64,000 nt of DNA, from the NCBI GenBank assembly GCA_937975975.1, contig CALJTR010000011.1:21767-85766 (forward strand), given 5' to 3'. The notes under the pieces are model-generated. The model searched no databases. It saw nothing but the letters and a program-made list of their open reading frames with translations, and was not told the origin of the DNA. The position numbers were made by a program, and so were the translations under genes. This stretch comes from an uncultured Candidatus Saccharibacteria bacterium. GTDB taxonomy: Bacteria; Patescibacteriota; Saccharimonadia; Saccharimonadales; Saccharimonadaceae. Below, piece by piece: positions 18,906 through 27,935 of this stretch (position 1 is the first letter of the stretch; the number at the start of each line of letters is the position of its first letter).

Positions 18906-20363
18906 CGCTAGTCTCCTGAGCGTTGTCTCTTTACCGAGTAGCGCGAGGGTGTCGTTTAGCTGCGGACTGAATGGCGCCCACGTAGTAGCAATACGGATGA
19001 GACTAAACAAGATACCGGGTTTTTGACCAGTTTTTTCTAGTAAACCATTGAGGCACTGCTGAATTGATTCCGGCGTCCAATCGGTGAGCGCGGCAAGTGA
19101 ATCGTGCGCAGTACGCACGAGGGCTTGGCGCTCACCAGGCGAAAGTTTTTTGAGCTGTTTGTTCGTCTCAATGAGCGAGTCGTCGCGCGCAGGTTCTTCA
19201 AAAAAGTAGCTGGTGAGCCGGGGCAAGTCGGTAAGCGTTTTTAAGCGGTCTTGCGCCAGGGCGAGAACGCGTTTTTTATAATCTTCACTCGCCTGCGCTG
19301 CGGCGGGCGGCCAGTAAGTAGAAGCAGCCGCAGATTGTTTTGGAGATTCGTTGCCGACAGGATTGTTCACTCGCATATATAAATCATCCAAACTCAAGCG
19401 CCGGATCCACTGTCCGTTCATCCAAAGCAACCGCTTTTCGTCAAAGCGTGCGCCGGATTTTTGCACGCGGCTGAGGCTGAATTTCTCAATCAGCTCGTCG
19501 CGGCTGAAGATTTCTTGCTCAGTGCCATCGTTCCAACCCATGCCTGCAAGAAAATTCAGCATCGCTTCGGGCAAAATCCCATCAGTGCGATAGTCGGTGA
19601 CACTTTTTGCGCCGTCGCGTTTACCGAGCTTTTTTTTGCCGTCGGGCGCCATGATGTGCGGTAGGCACGCTAAAACCGGCGGCGTCAGCTCAAACGCTTC
19701 ATATAAGCTCAAATAGCGTGGAATCGACGAGATATACTCCAAACCACGAATGACATGCGTGATATGCATTTCAGCGTCATCTACGATGTGTGCAAAATTG
19801 TACGTTGGGTAGCCGTCGGCTTTGATAAGAATGAAATCATCAAGCGCCTCTGGTCCAGCAGATAGCTCGCCCATTACTGGATCGTGCCAAGTGTAGCGCT
19901 TTGGATTAGCGACTTTGAATCGCAGCGGCTGCGTACCGTCCCATGCTGGCGGATTTTCGGGGCGGTAATCGCGGTACAAAAATGCTTTTTTAGCGGCACG
20001 CGCTTTGTCGCGGAAAGCCTGCACTTGCTCTGGGGTGTATGGATCGGCGTATGCCAGACCCTTGTCGATTAACGTCTGCGCCCATGCGCGGTAGATTTCG
20101 AGCCGCTCGGATTGGTGATAGGGGCCGTACTCGCCGCCGCGCCGTGGTCCTTCGTCCCAGTCAAGCCCCAGCCATTCAAGTGTATCTAAAATTAAATCCT
20201 CTGCGCCTGGCACGAAACGTGCGCGGTCGGTGTCTTCAATGCGCAAAATAAACGTGCCACCCTGCTGCCGCGCTAAAAGCCACGGAAACAGTGCCGCGCG
20301 GACATTGCCGACATGAATATAACCCGTCGGGCTCGGTGCAAATCGCGTGCGAATGGTTGTCAT
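18897..20363 (-). CDS. gltX: Glutamate--tRNA ligase
   Basis: 'RFAPSPTGYIHVGNVRAALF' is the class I HIGH region. 'KLGKRDG' is KMSKS-like. Length and order match GluRS. Confidence 0.85.
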   Translation of the reverse strand: MTTIRTRFAPSPTGYIHVGNVRAALFPWLLARQQGGTFILRIEDTDRARFVPGAEDLILDTLEWLGLDWDEGPRRGGEYGPYHQSERLEIYRAWAQTLIDKGLAYADPYTPEQVQAFRDKARAAKKAFLYRDYRPENPPAWDGTQPLRFKVANPKRYTWHDPVMGELSAGPEALDDFILIKADGYPTYNFAHIVDDAEMHITHVIRGLEYISSIPRYLSLYEAFELTPPVLACLPHIMAPDGKKKLGKRDGAKSVTDYRTDGILPEAMLNFLAGMGWNDGTEQEIFSRDELIEKFSLSRVQKSGARFDEKRLLWMNGQWIRRLSLDDLYMRVNNPVGNESPKQSAAASTYWPPAAAQASEDYKKRVLALAQDRLKTLTDLPRLTSYFFEEPARDDSLIETNKQLKKLSPGERQALVRTAHDSLAALTDWTPESIQQCLNGLLEKTGQKPGILFSLIRIATTWAPFSPQLNDTLALLGKETTLRRLASF

Positions 20364-20392
20364 ATGGCTAGATTATAACATAAAAGCAAGGG

Positions 20393-21448
20393 CTATAGAC
20401 TCGCCGCCAGCCGCTCTATTTGATCTGGCGCGAGCTGTGCACTGCCTTGTACAGTGTATAATATGCCGCCGTTTACCCATGCAGCGTTGCTATTGTAGGT
20501 ATAAATCGTTAAGCCGTTGATGGTGGCGGTGCTGTATTTGCGGCCAGCGGCCGGTTTGACGTAATTTTCGAGCACGGCGCTTGAGTCCCAGTTCGATTTA
20601 GTCTGCGCGAGCGTGAACGTCTCGCTGCTGCCGTTTGACGCGAACTTCATTGTGACGCTGCCTTTATCGTACGCAACGGGTCCGTTTAACGTGTAGCCTG
20701 CCGGTTGATAGCCCGGGTATGTTGCGTTGATCCCTGCTTGCGCGGCGGCGACGCGCGTGCTGAGCGCCGGCATATTTAAGTACGTAAAATACGCGCCAAG
20801 CAGCATAACGGCGAGTGCGACGCTTGCCGTGCTGACGAATTGGCGGAATTTTGAATATTTTTTCGGTTGCTTAATTTCTTTGCGCTCGGAGCGCGGTTTC
20901 ATCTGCTTGGTGGCAGACTCAATCGCTTGCTGCTTGATGACGTGGGACGGCAGTACGACACGCGCTTGTTCGGCGGCGTTCGCTTGGCGCTTTTGCTCAA
21001 CTGCTTGTACCATCGCATGCCGCATCGGTGCAATGTCGGGCGCGGCTTGCTGTGCTGACGCCCTGGTCTGCGCGCGTGCTGGTATCGCTTTTGCAAAGTG
21101 CGCGACGCGCGGGTGCGTGATCGCTTGCGGCGTGCGTTTCACGGCGCGATGCTTCTGGATTGTCGGGTGCGGCTGTATTTGCGGTTGTGTTGTTATGCGC
21201 GGTGCGACTCTGGGTGCTGTTGACGGTGTAGCGTGCGCAGCAGGCTTGACGCACGCTTTTATGCCGTTGATTGATTTGGTTTTATTGACGTAGCGGCGCT
21301 GTAGCGTTTGCGAGCGCTGTGGGCGGACATGAATATCAACCGCACGCCGCGACGTCGCATCCTGTACGTCCGCACTGCGTTCGGCGCGCAAGATTTTGCC
21401 GGTTTCGGCGTCGTAGATTGTTCCGTTGATGCTTACTTTTTTGTTCAT
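20393..21448 (-). CDS. Hypothetical single-pass membrane protein with a disordered cytoplasmic region and an extracytoplasmic C-terminal domain
   Basis: TM 'ASVALAVMLLGAYFTYL'. Basic, Gln/Ala-rich linker. C-terminal domain has no motif I can name. Confidence 0.45.
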   Translation of the reverse strand: MNKKVSINGTIYDAETGKILRAERSADVQDATSRRAVDIHVRPQRSQTLQRRYVNKTKSINGIKACVKPAAHATPSTAPRVAPRITTQPQIQPHPTIQKHRAVKRTPQAITHPRVAHFAKAIPARAQTRASAQQAAPDIAPMRHAMVQAVEQKRQANAAEQARVVLPSHVIKQQAIESATKQMKPRSERKEIKQPKKYSKFRQFVSTASVALAVMLLGAYFTYLNMPALSTRVAAAQAGINATYPGYQPAGYTLNGPVAYDKGSVTMKFASNGSSETFTLAQTKSNWDSSAVLENYVKPAAGRKYSTATINGLTIYTYNSNAAWVNGGILYTVQGSAQLAPDQIERLAASL

Positions 21449-21534
21449 ACCCTATCCTCTATCGCTACATGCTTATACTTATCATACCACGCAGTGCGCT
21501 ATACACAAATGGCGAAATAATAATGGTATAATAA

Positions 21535-23016
21535 GTGAAAGCTATGTACGAGCATGATTCTAAACGCAAATTGCGCCTGAGACTAACATTCACTTACGCA
21601 GTGATGATCTTGACGACGCTCGGGCTTGTCGTGGTGGCGTTGTTTATCGCGCTTGGCTATCGCTACAATCAGTTTGACGGACGATTTGAACAAGGCGGTA
21701 TGATTCAGTTTAATTCGCGCCCGAGCGGCGCCGAAATCCAGCTGGATGCAGTTAAGCTGTCGAATCGTACGGCGACGCGGATCACTGCGACAGCCGGCAA
21801 TCACGCTGTTATGGTGTCGCGCGACGGTTATAAGCCCTGGCAAAAGCAAGCTACGGTTAAGCCGGGCGCGGTGCTGTGGCTCAATTACGTACGGCTCGTG
21901 CCAACTGACCCGAAGATTGAGACTGCGGCGACGTATGGCAGTATTGCGAGCGTCATGGCGAGTTTCGACCGCTCGCGTTTCGCAGTGATTGAAAACGACA
22001 CGCAACCGACCGTCACTTTTTCGCGTGTGCATGATGCCAACGTTGAGCACAGCTCGGTAACAGTGCCGGCTGATAAAATCACCACGCCAAGCGCTGCCGG
22101 CTCAAGCCACTTCTCGCTTGCTGGCTGGGATTATGCGAATAAACGCGTGCTTGTATTACATACATACGATGATAGTAAAACTGAATATTTGCTTGTGTCA
22201 AAAGACAGCGGCGATCCTGCGCGCAATATTTCTACCGAATTTGGTATTTCGATCGCCGAACTTCAGTATGATCCGACCGACAGCAACATCGCTTATGTTC
22301 TCACGACGAATCACGATATTCGCCGCTTGAACTTATCAACATCTACGTTGTCTGGTCCGCTTGTTACGAATGCAAGCTCGCTCGTCGTAGCGTACAACGG
22401 CTGGATCGGTTATGCTACGCACCCTGACGTCAGCGGTGTGCGCACCGTTGGCTATGTGTCAAAAGATAAGCTCACTGCTAAAACAGTGCAAACATTTACA
22501 AATATGTCCGGTCGCAGCCTTAGCTACACGATTGCGAGCTACTATAACGAGCTCTATCAGTTGGTTGTGGCGGGCGACAGCGCGACCGTATATCACGCCG
22601 AGCTGCCAGGCAGCGATTCCACAGACGTCATCAAAAGCAAGACAATTGCGAAATTATCGCTTGCAAAAGACGTTGCATTCGCTGGTTTTTCGCCGCGCGA
22701 GCAGCGTTTCGTTTACATCCAGAACGGGCGCGACATTGTGACGTATGATTTGGAATTGTCGTCGATTGCTACTGTAGCTCCGTCTGCGGCGCTCAATGCT
22801 AAAATCGGCTGGCTTGACGATTTTCATCTGCTGAGTACGGCAGACGGCACAATTGAGTTTATGGATTACGACGGCACGAATATGCAAACGCTTGCCCGCG
22901 GTGCAAGCCATGCCGCGACATTGCTTGCCGGCAATGATAAATTTTTCTACTATTTCACGCGCGATGAAGCTGCCGGCACAGTACGTTTGATGCGATTGTC
23001 GCTGACGACGGAATAA
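21535..23016 (+). CDS. Membrane-anchored PEGA-domain protein with a C-terminal beta-rich (propeller-like) region
   Basis: 'SRPSGAEIQLDAVKLSNRTATRITATAGNHAVMVSRDGYKPWQKQATVKPG' matches the PEGA domain pattern. TM helix at the N-terminus. Confidence 0.6.
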   Translation: MKAMYEHDSKRKLRLRLTFTYAVMILTTLGLVVVALFIALGYRYNQFDGRFEQGGMIQFNSRPSGAEIQLDAVKLSNRTATRITATAGNHAVMVSRDGYKPWQKQATVKPGAVLWLNYVRLVPTDPKIETAATYGSIASVMASFDRSRFAVIENDTQPTVTFSRVHDANVEHSSVTVPADKITTPSAAGSSHFSLAGWDYANKRVLVLHTYDDSKTEYLLVSKDSGDPARNISTEFGISIAELQYDPTDSNIAYVLTTNHDIRRLNLSTSTLSGPLVTNASSLVVAYNGWIGYATHPDVSGVRTVGYVSKDKLTAKTVQTFTNMSGRSLSYTIASYYNELYQLVVAGDSATVYHAELPGSDSTDVIKSKTIAKLSLAKDVAFAGFSPREQRFVYIQNGRDIVTYDLELSSIATVAPSAALNAKIGWLDDFHLLSTADGTIEFMDYDGTNMQTLARGASHAATLLAGNDKFFYYFTRDEAAGTVRLMRLSLTTE

Positions 23017-23070
23017 CAGAGACACGGAGAACAATTTGACCCCGCCTCCTTCTCTAAATGGGTAACGCTG

Positions 23071-24417
23071 CTAGCGCGCACCAACACCAAACAACCGTTC
23101 AATAAATGTCGGCGAGTTTGCAGGCATCTTCTTGGCAGAGTTGGTTTTAGCTGCCGGTTTGGTTGTCTCTGTGGATGCTGCCGCTTCGTCTGGACTCGGA
23201 CTAATTTGCTCGCCAAACACCAGTAGCCGGTTGAGCGCCGTGCCGAGCGGTACGCACGTAATGAGCGTGATATACGGCTTGTCGCTGCCGATTTGGAGCG
23301 CGCTCACGTCGGTCGGTTTGACGACCTGCGTGCGTGTGATTTTGTACGTGTAGCGTTTGCTATTATAATTGACATAAACGACATCGCCGGCTGCCATTCG
23401 TTCAAGCCGCGCGAAGACGAATTTATGATTGCCGCTATCAAGCCAATCGTTTGCAGAGTGCCCCGACACGACGAAATTGCCGCGCTCGCCTGGGCGGGCG
23501 TTTGCGCCTTGTATATTAAACCACACCACGCCGCGCGTCATAGCAGCATTGAGCGAATCTTGGCTGGACGCATCGGCGTCCCAGACGATCGGTTCGTCTA
23601 CAGCGATTTTTGGAATAATAAGCTTTGGGTCGGCGGATACGGGCGTCTCTGCGTTCGACGATACGATGATCGATTCTGGATCCATCGCGCCTGGCGCAAC
23701 ATACGCCTCGACGTATGCAAATAAGACGCGGTTGTATTGCAAGAACAAAAATACGAGCAATACGCCGAGCGCCGCCATGATTGGCACGAAATGGCGGCTC
23801 TTGCGTACTTTTGCCGCGCGTTTTCTGATTTTTTGCCGCAGCGAACCGCGCAAGTCGTCGATCGCTTCATTCGGCGTGAGCGCCTCCGTGTTTTCGACTG
23901 CGCGGAGTTTTTCGGCGGCAGTGCGGTGGACTTCTGCTTGGTCGTTGAGCGATTTTTTGGCAGCTGCCACTTGCGAGGTGTAGTACCGTTCGTAGTATTG
24001 CTGGTAGTACGATTGCCAAGCGGTGTGATACTTTTGCCACGAACTGTCTTGGGTTTTGAGCGGCGAATCGTGGCTGAGCGTGCGGCTGTATGGATTATCT
24101 TCGCGCGTATTGACTGCGCCTGGCCCCGGCGCGATGCGCTGCTGCGGTGTCGCCTGTGTTTGTGCGACGGTACCGGTTGGCTGGGCATAACCGTAGTGTG
24201 CGGCTGTGGGTTGGTTTGCCGGCTTTGATGTCGCTGATGGTGTTGGTGTACTTGGTGCGGCGCCAGTTGCGTGCGGATCATTCTGGTAGATTGTGTCAAT
24301 CTGTCCGCGAACAATGTTTGCCGCCGCCTGCTTCTGTGCAGGATTGTCAGAAACACTAATATCGGCGTCCGCAGACTGCCGCGACGGCACCGATAACGAG
24401 GACCGATCATCGTTCAT
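23071..24417 (-). CDS. Sortase-family transpeptidase with a long (~200 aa) disordered Q/A/T/P-rich N-terminal region
   Basis: C-terminal catalytic domain has 'VVSGHSAND' (His) and 'YITLITCVPLGT' (the TLxTC active-site Cys motif). TM segment 'FVPIMAALGVLLVFLFLQY'. Confidence 0.7.
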   Translation of the reverse strand: MNDDRSSLSVPSRQSADADISVSDNPAQKQAAANIVRGQIDTIYQNDPHATGAAPSTPTPSATSKPANQPTAAHYGYAQPTGTVAQTQATPQQRIAPGPGAVNTREDNPYSRTLSHDSPLKTQDSSWQKYHTAWQSYYQQYYERYYTSQVAAAKKSLNDQAEVHRTAAEKLRAVENTEALTPNEAIDDLRGSLRQKIRKRAAKVRKSRHFVPIMAALGVLLVFLFLQYNRVLFAYVEAYVAPGAMDPESIIVSSNAETPVSADPKLIIPKIAVDEPIVWDADASSQDSLNAAMTRGVVWFNIQGANARPGERGNFVVSGHSANDWLDSGNHKFVFARLERMAAGDVVYVNYNSKRYTYKITRTQVVKPTDVSALQIGSDKPYITLITCVPLGTALNRLLVFGEQISPSPDEAAASTETTKPAAKTNSAKKMPANSPTFIERLFGVGAR

Positions 24418-24575
24418 ATATGTGTCATAGTATAGCGTATTTAAGGCGCGAACACAAAAATGCTTGTTGGTTCCTATGTGCTCTTGAATGCGCTGGGATA
24501 GGCTTTATCTCGCCCGTTTTTAGGTAAAAATAAAAGTTTCGCTTTGAGCAAAACTTAATTTTATCACTATGCTTG

Positions 24576-24662
24576 TGGTACCGCGGGCCGGACTTGAACC
24601 GGCACGTCCATAGGGACATCAGATTTTGAGTCTAACGTGTCTACCAATTCCACCACCGCGGC
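24576..24662 (-). tRNA. tRNA-Leu (anticodon CAA), long variable arm, CCA encoded
   Basis: rc sequence GCCGCGG-TG-GTGG-AATTGGTAGA-CACG... Anticodon stem TTAGA/TCTGA with loop CTCAAAA. Variable arm GATGTCCCTATGGACGTG. T-arm GCCGG-TTCAAGT-CCGGC. 3' end CCGCGGTACCA. Confidence 0.75.
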
Positions 24663-24788
24663 GTAGAAATTGTTTACAATAAGTATAGCATATACTAAAT
24701 TTTTTAGCGAATCTCGCCGAAAAATTTGCCGAAATGGTCTAAAAGCGCCAAAAAGCCGTCGAATTCCGCTTATTTTTATATATTATTA

Positions 24789-24817
24789 TTGACAATAAAT
24801 AAAGATTGTGCTATTAT
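24789..24817 (+). promoter_or_regulatory. Near-consensus sigma70-type promoter (TTGACA-N17-TATTAT) plus strong SD (AAAGGAGGAAG) for the LPXTG protein gene
   Basis: ttgaca at 24789-24794, tattat at 24812-24817, 17-nt spacer. 'aaaggagga' lies 6 nt before the ATG at 24865. Confidence 0.6.
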
Positions 24818-24864
24818 GGACTCATAAGCCAATGTGAGGTACAGAGGCGTAAAAGGAGGAAGTA

Positions 24865-26004
24865 ATGATAAATCTAAAGAAAGTTCTTATCGGAGCGGTC
24901 GCGAGCGTCGCGGTTGCTGCCGGTATCTGGTATGCGTTGCCGGCACATGCTGTCTGCGACGGATACATCAACGTTGTAAAGTGCGGTACGCCAACGCATC
25001 AGTCGTTGAAAGACACGTACTATGGCAGCAGCCACATGAAGACGCTTTACAACCGATACTATATTAATGACAGCATGATTAATGGCACTGGCATGAAAAC
25101 CGGTACGGTTTATAAAGACGGTCGTGTCGTCGTTGACGGCAAGACAGTTGCAACAGGCGCGCGCACAATTCAGAGTAATACGCGTCATCCAGAGTCATCG
25201 TATGGCACAGATACAGTTGATGGCCATACGTATTACAAGTTTAATGTGCAAAATAGCTTCGTCTACGATCACTTTGAGGTGTTTGCATGGTTTGACAGCT
25301 ATGGCAAATTCATTGCCGCAGTGATTAAGGATTGTGGAAATCCAGTGTGGGCAGTAGCAGTCTTTGAATACAAGAACATCCAGGTTTGCGACCTGACGAC
25401 GAACAAGATTGTTACGATTAAGGAAAACGAGTTTAATAGCAAACGCCATTCGAAAAACATCAACGACTGTAAGCAGATCCAAGTCTGTGATCTAGCGAGC
25501 TACAAAATCGTCACGATCAAAGAGAAGGAATTTAATAGTAAGAAACACTCGAAGAACATCAACGATTGTAAAAAAATCCAGGTCTGTGAGCTTAGCAGCA
25601 GTACGATTGTCACGATCCGCGAAAGCGAATTCGACAGTAAAAAGCATTCAAAGAACTTGTCGGACTGTGAAAAGATGCAAGTTTGTGAGCTGAAAACTGG
25701 TAACATCGTTACTATCAAACAAAGCGAGTTTAGCCAGGAGAAGCACTCAAAAGATTTGTCGGATTGTGAAAATGTGAAAGTTTGCCGCATCAAAGACAAA
25801 TCAATCGTGACAGTCAAGAAGAGCGATTTGAACGACGAATATACGACTGACATGTCAAAATGTGAAGCGCCGACAACTCCGCCGACTACGCCGAACGAAT
25901 TGCCGCACACTGGTTTGGGCAGCATGGTCGCTCCACTGGTTGGACTGGGCAGCTTAGCCGCCGTCGCCACCGCGTACGTCATGAGCCGCCGCCAACTGCA
26001 ATAA
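24865..26004 (+). CDS. LPXTG-anchored cell-surface protein with five 33-aa Cys-containing tandem repeats
   Basis: Signal peptide 'MINLKKVLIGAVASVAVAAGIWYALPAHA'. C-terminal sorting signal 'LPHTG' plus a hydrophobic stretch plus 'RRQLQ'. The repeats 'QVCDLTTNKIVTIKENEFNSKRHSKNINDCKQI' occur five times at 25381-25875. Confidence 0.8.
   Translation: MINLKKVLIGAVASVAVAAGIWYALPAHAVCDGYINVVKCGTPTHQSLKDTYYGSSHMKTLYNRYYINDSMINGTGMKTGTVYKDGRVVVDGKTVATGARTIQSNTRHPESSYGTDTVDGHTYYKFNVQNSFVYDHFEVFAWFDSYGKFIAAVIKDCGNPVWAVAVFEYKNIQVCDLTTNKIVTIKENEFNSKRHSKNINDCKQIQVCDLASYKIVTIKEKEFNSKKHSKNINDCKKIQVCELSSSTIVTIRESEFDSKKHSKNLSDCEKMQVCELKTGNIVTIKQSEFSQEKHSKDLSDCENVKVCRIKDKSIVTVKKSDLNDEYTTDMSKCEAPTTPPTTPNELPHTGLGSMVAPLVGLGSLAAVATAYVMSRRQLQ
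25381..25875 (+). repeat. Five tandem 99-bp coding repeats (33 aa each, 2 Cys per unit) within the LPXTG protein gene
   Basis: Units begin at 25381, 25480 and so on. The consensus is QVC(D/E)L...(I)VTIK(E)(S)EF(N)SK(K)HSKN(I/L)(N/S)DC(K).(I). Confidence 0.8.
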
Positions 26005-26029
26005 ACAAATCTGTACCAAACGAGATACT

Positions 26030-26056
26030 CGGGGAGACGCTCCCCGGGTATTTTTG
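26030..26056 (+). terminator. Rho-independent terminator after the LPXTG gene
   Basis: cggggag-acg-ctccccg hairpin followed by tattttt. Confidence 0.6.
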
Positions 26057-26142
26057 TTGGAATGATGCAGGCGGTACGTGTATTCCACTTCCTCCTCTTT
26101 ATATTTGGTATGTTTTTTTAACTTGTTCTGCGGGGTGCCGCA

Positions 26143-26940
26143 TTACGGATTATGGGCGGCAACACTTGTTGCAATAGCCTCAAGCGGCTGGCTCGGTGTC
26201 CATAGCAGATACGCGGCGGCGCGCGCTGCGGTTTCGCCCCGCCATATGCGCATCGGGTCGCGCCAATCAGTCGTCACAACTTCGCCACCGTGCGCAATGA
26301 TAAGTGTATCACGGTGCAGTGTCACGATCGTTAGCGGGTATGTGATGGTAAATTTATGCAGCGTTTCAACCAGTTGCATTAAGGGCATGTTAAATGTCAG
26401 AATCTTGGGATAATACAATTCGCGGAATAATTTTTGCAGCTGCGCAAAACTCAGTACGAGCACTGTGCGCGGGCGCGTGGCAATTGCTTCAGCGTCGTTG
26501 CGCACGAGGTCGACTGCGTCGCGCGTGACGACGAGCGGACCGTCGTATGCGCTGAGGAGATCGCTGTAGACAATAGCAGTTTCGCTATTGCGCCCCGCAT
26601 CGCCTGCGAGTAGCAGTCCTGTGCTCCAGCTGCTGAGCGCGCGTAGTTCGTTGATAGCACCGCGGGCTAAACTGCCGCTTGGATTACTTGGTGCAAAGAT
26701 GACATCGGTCATGGCGGGCGGAATTGAGCGTTTCAGCGCGTCTGGCAGTACGACGCGAACTTCCCCTGCTCCGGTGCTTAGCGCGGTTTGGTATGCTTCG
26801 GCAACGCCCGCGAAGCCGAGTTTATTGCCGCCAACAATTCCTAGGCGCCCGCGCTGCGCTCGCTGCTCTGGTTTTGCCCATTCAATGTCGGGAAACAGCG
26901 GCTTCGCTGGGTTTTGTTTGCGCCAATAATCGTATTCCAT
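26143..26940 (-). CDS. YjeF C-terminal domain protein / ADP-dependent NAD(P)H-hydrate dehydratase-like
   Basis: 'RGRLGIVGGNKLGFAGVAEAYQTALSTGAG' resembles the YjeF_C carbohydrate-kinase-fold P-loop region ('GxVLVIGG...GA..LAA.AALRSGAG'). Confidence 0.5.
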   Translation of the reverse strand: MEYDYWRKQNPAKPLFPDIEWAKPEQRAQRGRLGIVGGNKLGFAGVAEAYQTALSTGAGEVRVVLPDALKRSIPPAMTDVIFAPSNPSGSLARGAINELRALSSWSTGLLLAGDAGRNSETAIVYSDLLSAYDGPLVVTRDAVDLVRNDAEAIATRPRTVLVLSFAQLQKLFRELYYPKILTFNMPLMQLVETLHKFTITYPLTIVTLHRDTLIIAHGGEVVTTDWRDPMRIWRGETAARAAAYLLWTPSQPLEAIATSVAAHNP

Positions 26941-27043
26941 TCGTGTCTCTTTTCGTTATTAATTCTTCCTGGCTCAAGCATGTCTTTGTGTACTTATCAT
27001 ACCATTACTTCCTGTTTTCGTTTAGGCAGCGTATAGTGGAATT

Positions 27044-27427
27044 ATGACGAATGACATGAAGCAGCATGAAGCAATGATAAAACAAAGACTAGAACAAACG
27101 CTATCGTCCGGTGAGCTTGTGCAGCTCGCGGCATTCCATGCGCGGCGAATCGCGGAGTTTCAGCATGAGCGGCTGGTCCATCTGTTAGTGACGATGTTCT
27201 TCGCGTGCCTGCTGTTTGCAGCGGCTTGGCTGTTTTTCGCGGCAGTTCCCGCCGGCTTGCTGCTCTCGGTGCTCACGGGCGTACTTACGTTAATTCTATT
27301 TGTGCTAGAGCTGTTTTACATCCGTCATTACTACTATCTGGAAAATGGTACGCAGCGGCTATATCGGCTAACGGTGGCGATTGAAGAGCGGCGTGTAGGC
27401 AATAGGAATGATACTGTAGCTATATGA
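27044..27427 (+). CDS. Hypothetical membrane protein (127 aa)
   Basis: Two predicted TM helices ('LLVTMFFACLLFAAAWLFFAAV' and 'LLLSVLTGVLTLILFVLELF'). Confidence 0.45.
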   Translation: MTNDMKQHEAMIKQRLEQTLSSGELVQLAAFHARRIAEFQHERLVHLLVTMFFACLLFAAAWLFFAAVPAGLLLSVLTGVLTLILFVLELFYIRHYYYLENGTQRLYRLTVAIEERRVGNRNDTVAI

Positions 27428-27430
27428 AAA

Positions 27431-27480
27431 AGCCCGCCCCCAAGAGCGTCCGCGCCAGCCGCTCTGGAGCGGGGGCGAGC
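27431..27480. terminator. Bidirectional rho-independent terminator-like hairpin flanked by an A5 run and a T5 run
   Basis: aaaaa-gcccgcccccaagagcg...cgctctggagcgggggcgagc-ttttt. Sits between convergent genes. Confidence 0.5.
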
Positions 27481-27501
27481 TTTTTCGAGAGAGCGGGTGC
27501 C

Positions 27502-27663
27502 CTACTTGTTCATGCGATCGCGTTCAAAAACAAAAAACATGATCGCACAAACTACAAGTCCAGCACCTATGTGCCATAGATGCTGGACCGCTGCGAAAAC
27601 AGCAGCACCTAACATCCATGTCAGTATAAAAGCCACAACAAGCTCACGAACATGGCGGCTCAT
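27502..27663 (-). CDS. Small hydrophobic protein (53 aa; not in the ORF track because it is under 60 aa)
   Basis: Strong SD: 'AAAGGAGGTGGCAT' precedes the ATG. Encodes MSRHVRELVVAFILTWMLGAAVFAAVQHLWHIGAGLVVCAIMFFVFERDRMNK. Ends at the bidirectional terminator. Confidence 0.45.
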   Translation of the reverse strand: MSRHVRELVVAFILTWMLGAAVFAAVQHLWHIGAGLVVCAIMFFVFERDRMNK

Positions 27664-27935
27664 ATGCCACCTCCTTTCATAGCGTCGACCAGGTCTTCGG
27701 GAGACCTGAGGCGCGGGTGGACAGGTGCTTTGTAGCTGCTTCTAACGTGTAGGGGCGACTAATCGCCCGTAAACACGAGCGAAAAGCTGTTATAATAGTA
27801 ACAGATATTAGACATATAGTCAATAGTATAAGGATTTATATACCTGCGTTTGCCTAGCGGCGCCTGTATGACGCGTGCTGCCCGGATAGCGATTATATGC
27901 CGCATTTATGTTAGATAGTGCATGCCCGAAGCGGT

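Noticed and set aside
24425-24700. Integrative element at tRNA-Leu (tRNA genes are common integration sites)
   Set aside because: No integrase or recombinase. No direct repeat of the tRNA 3' end nearby. The flanking genes (sortase, LPXTG protein) are chromosomal-type.
25381-25875. Possible CRISPR array because of regularly spaced repeats
   Set aside because: The period is 99 bp with no unique spacers. The repeats are in frame and encode a 33-aa protein repeat inside an LPXTG protein. No cas genes are present.
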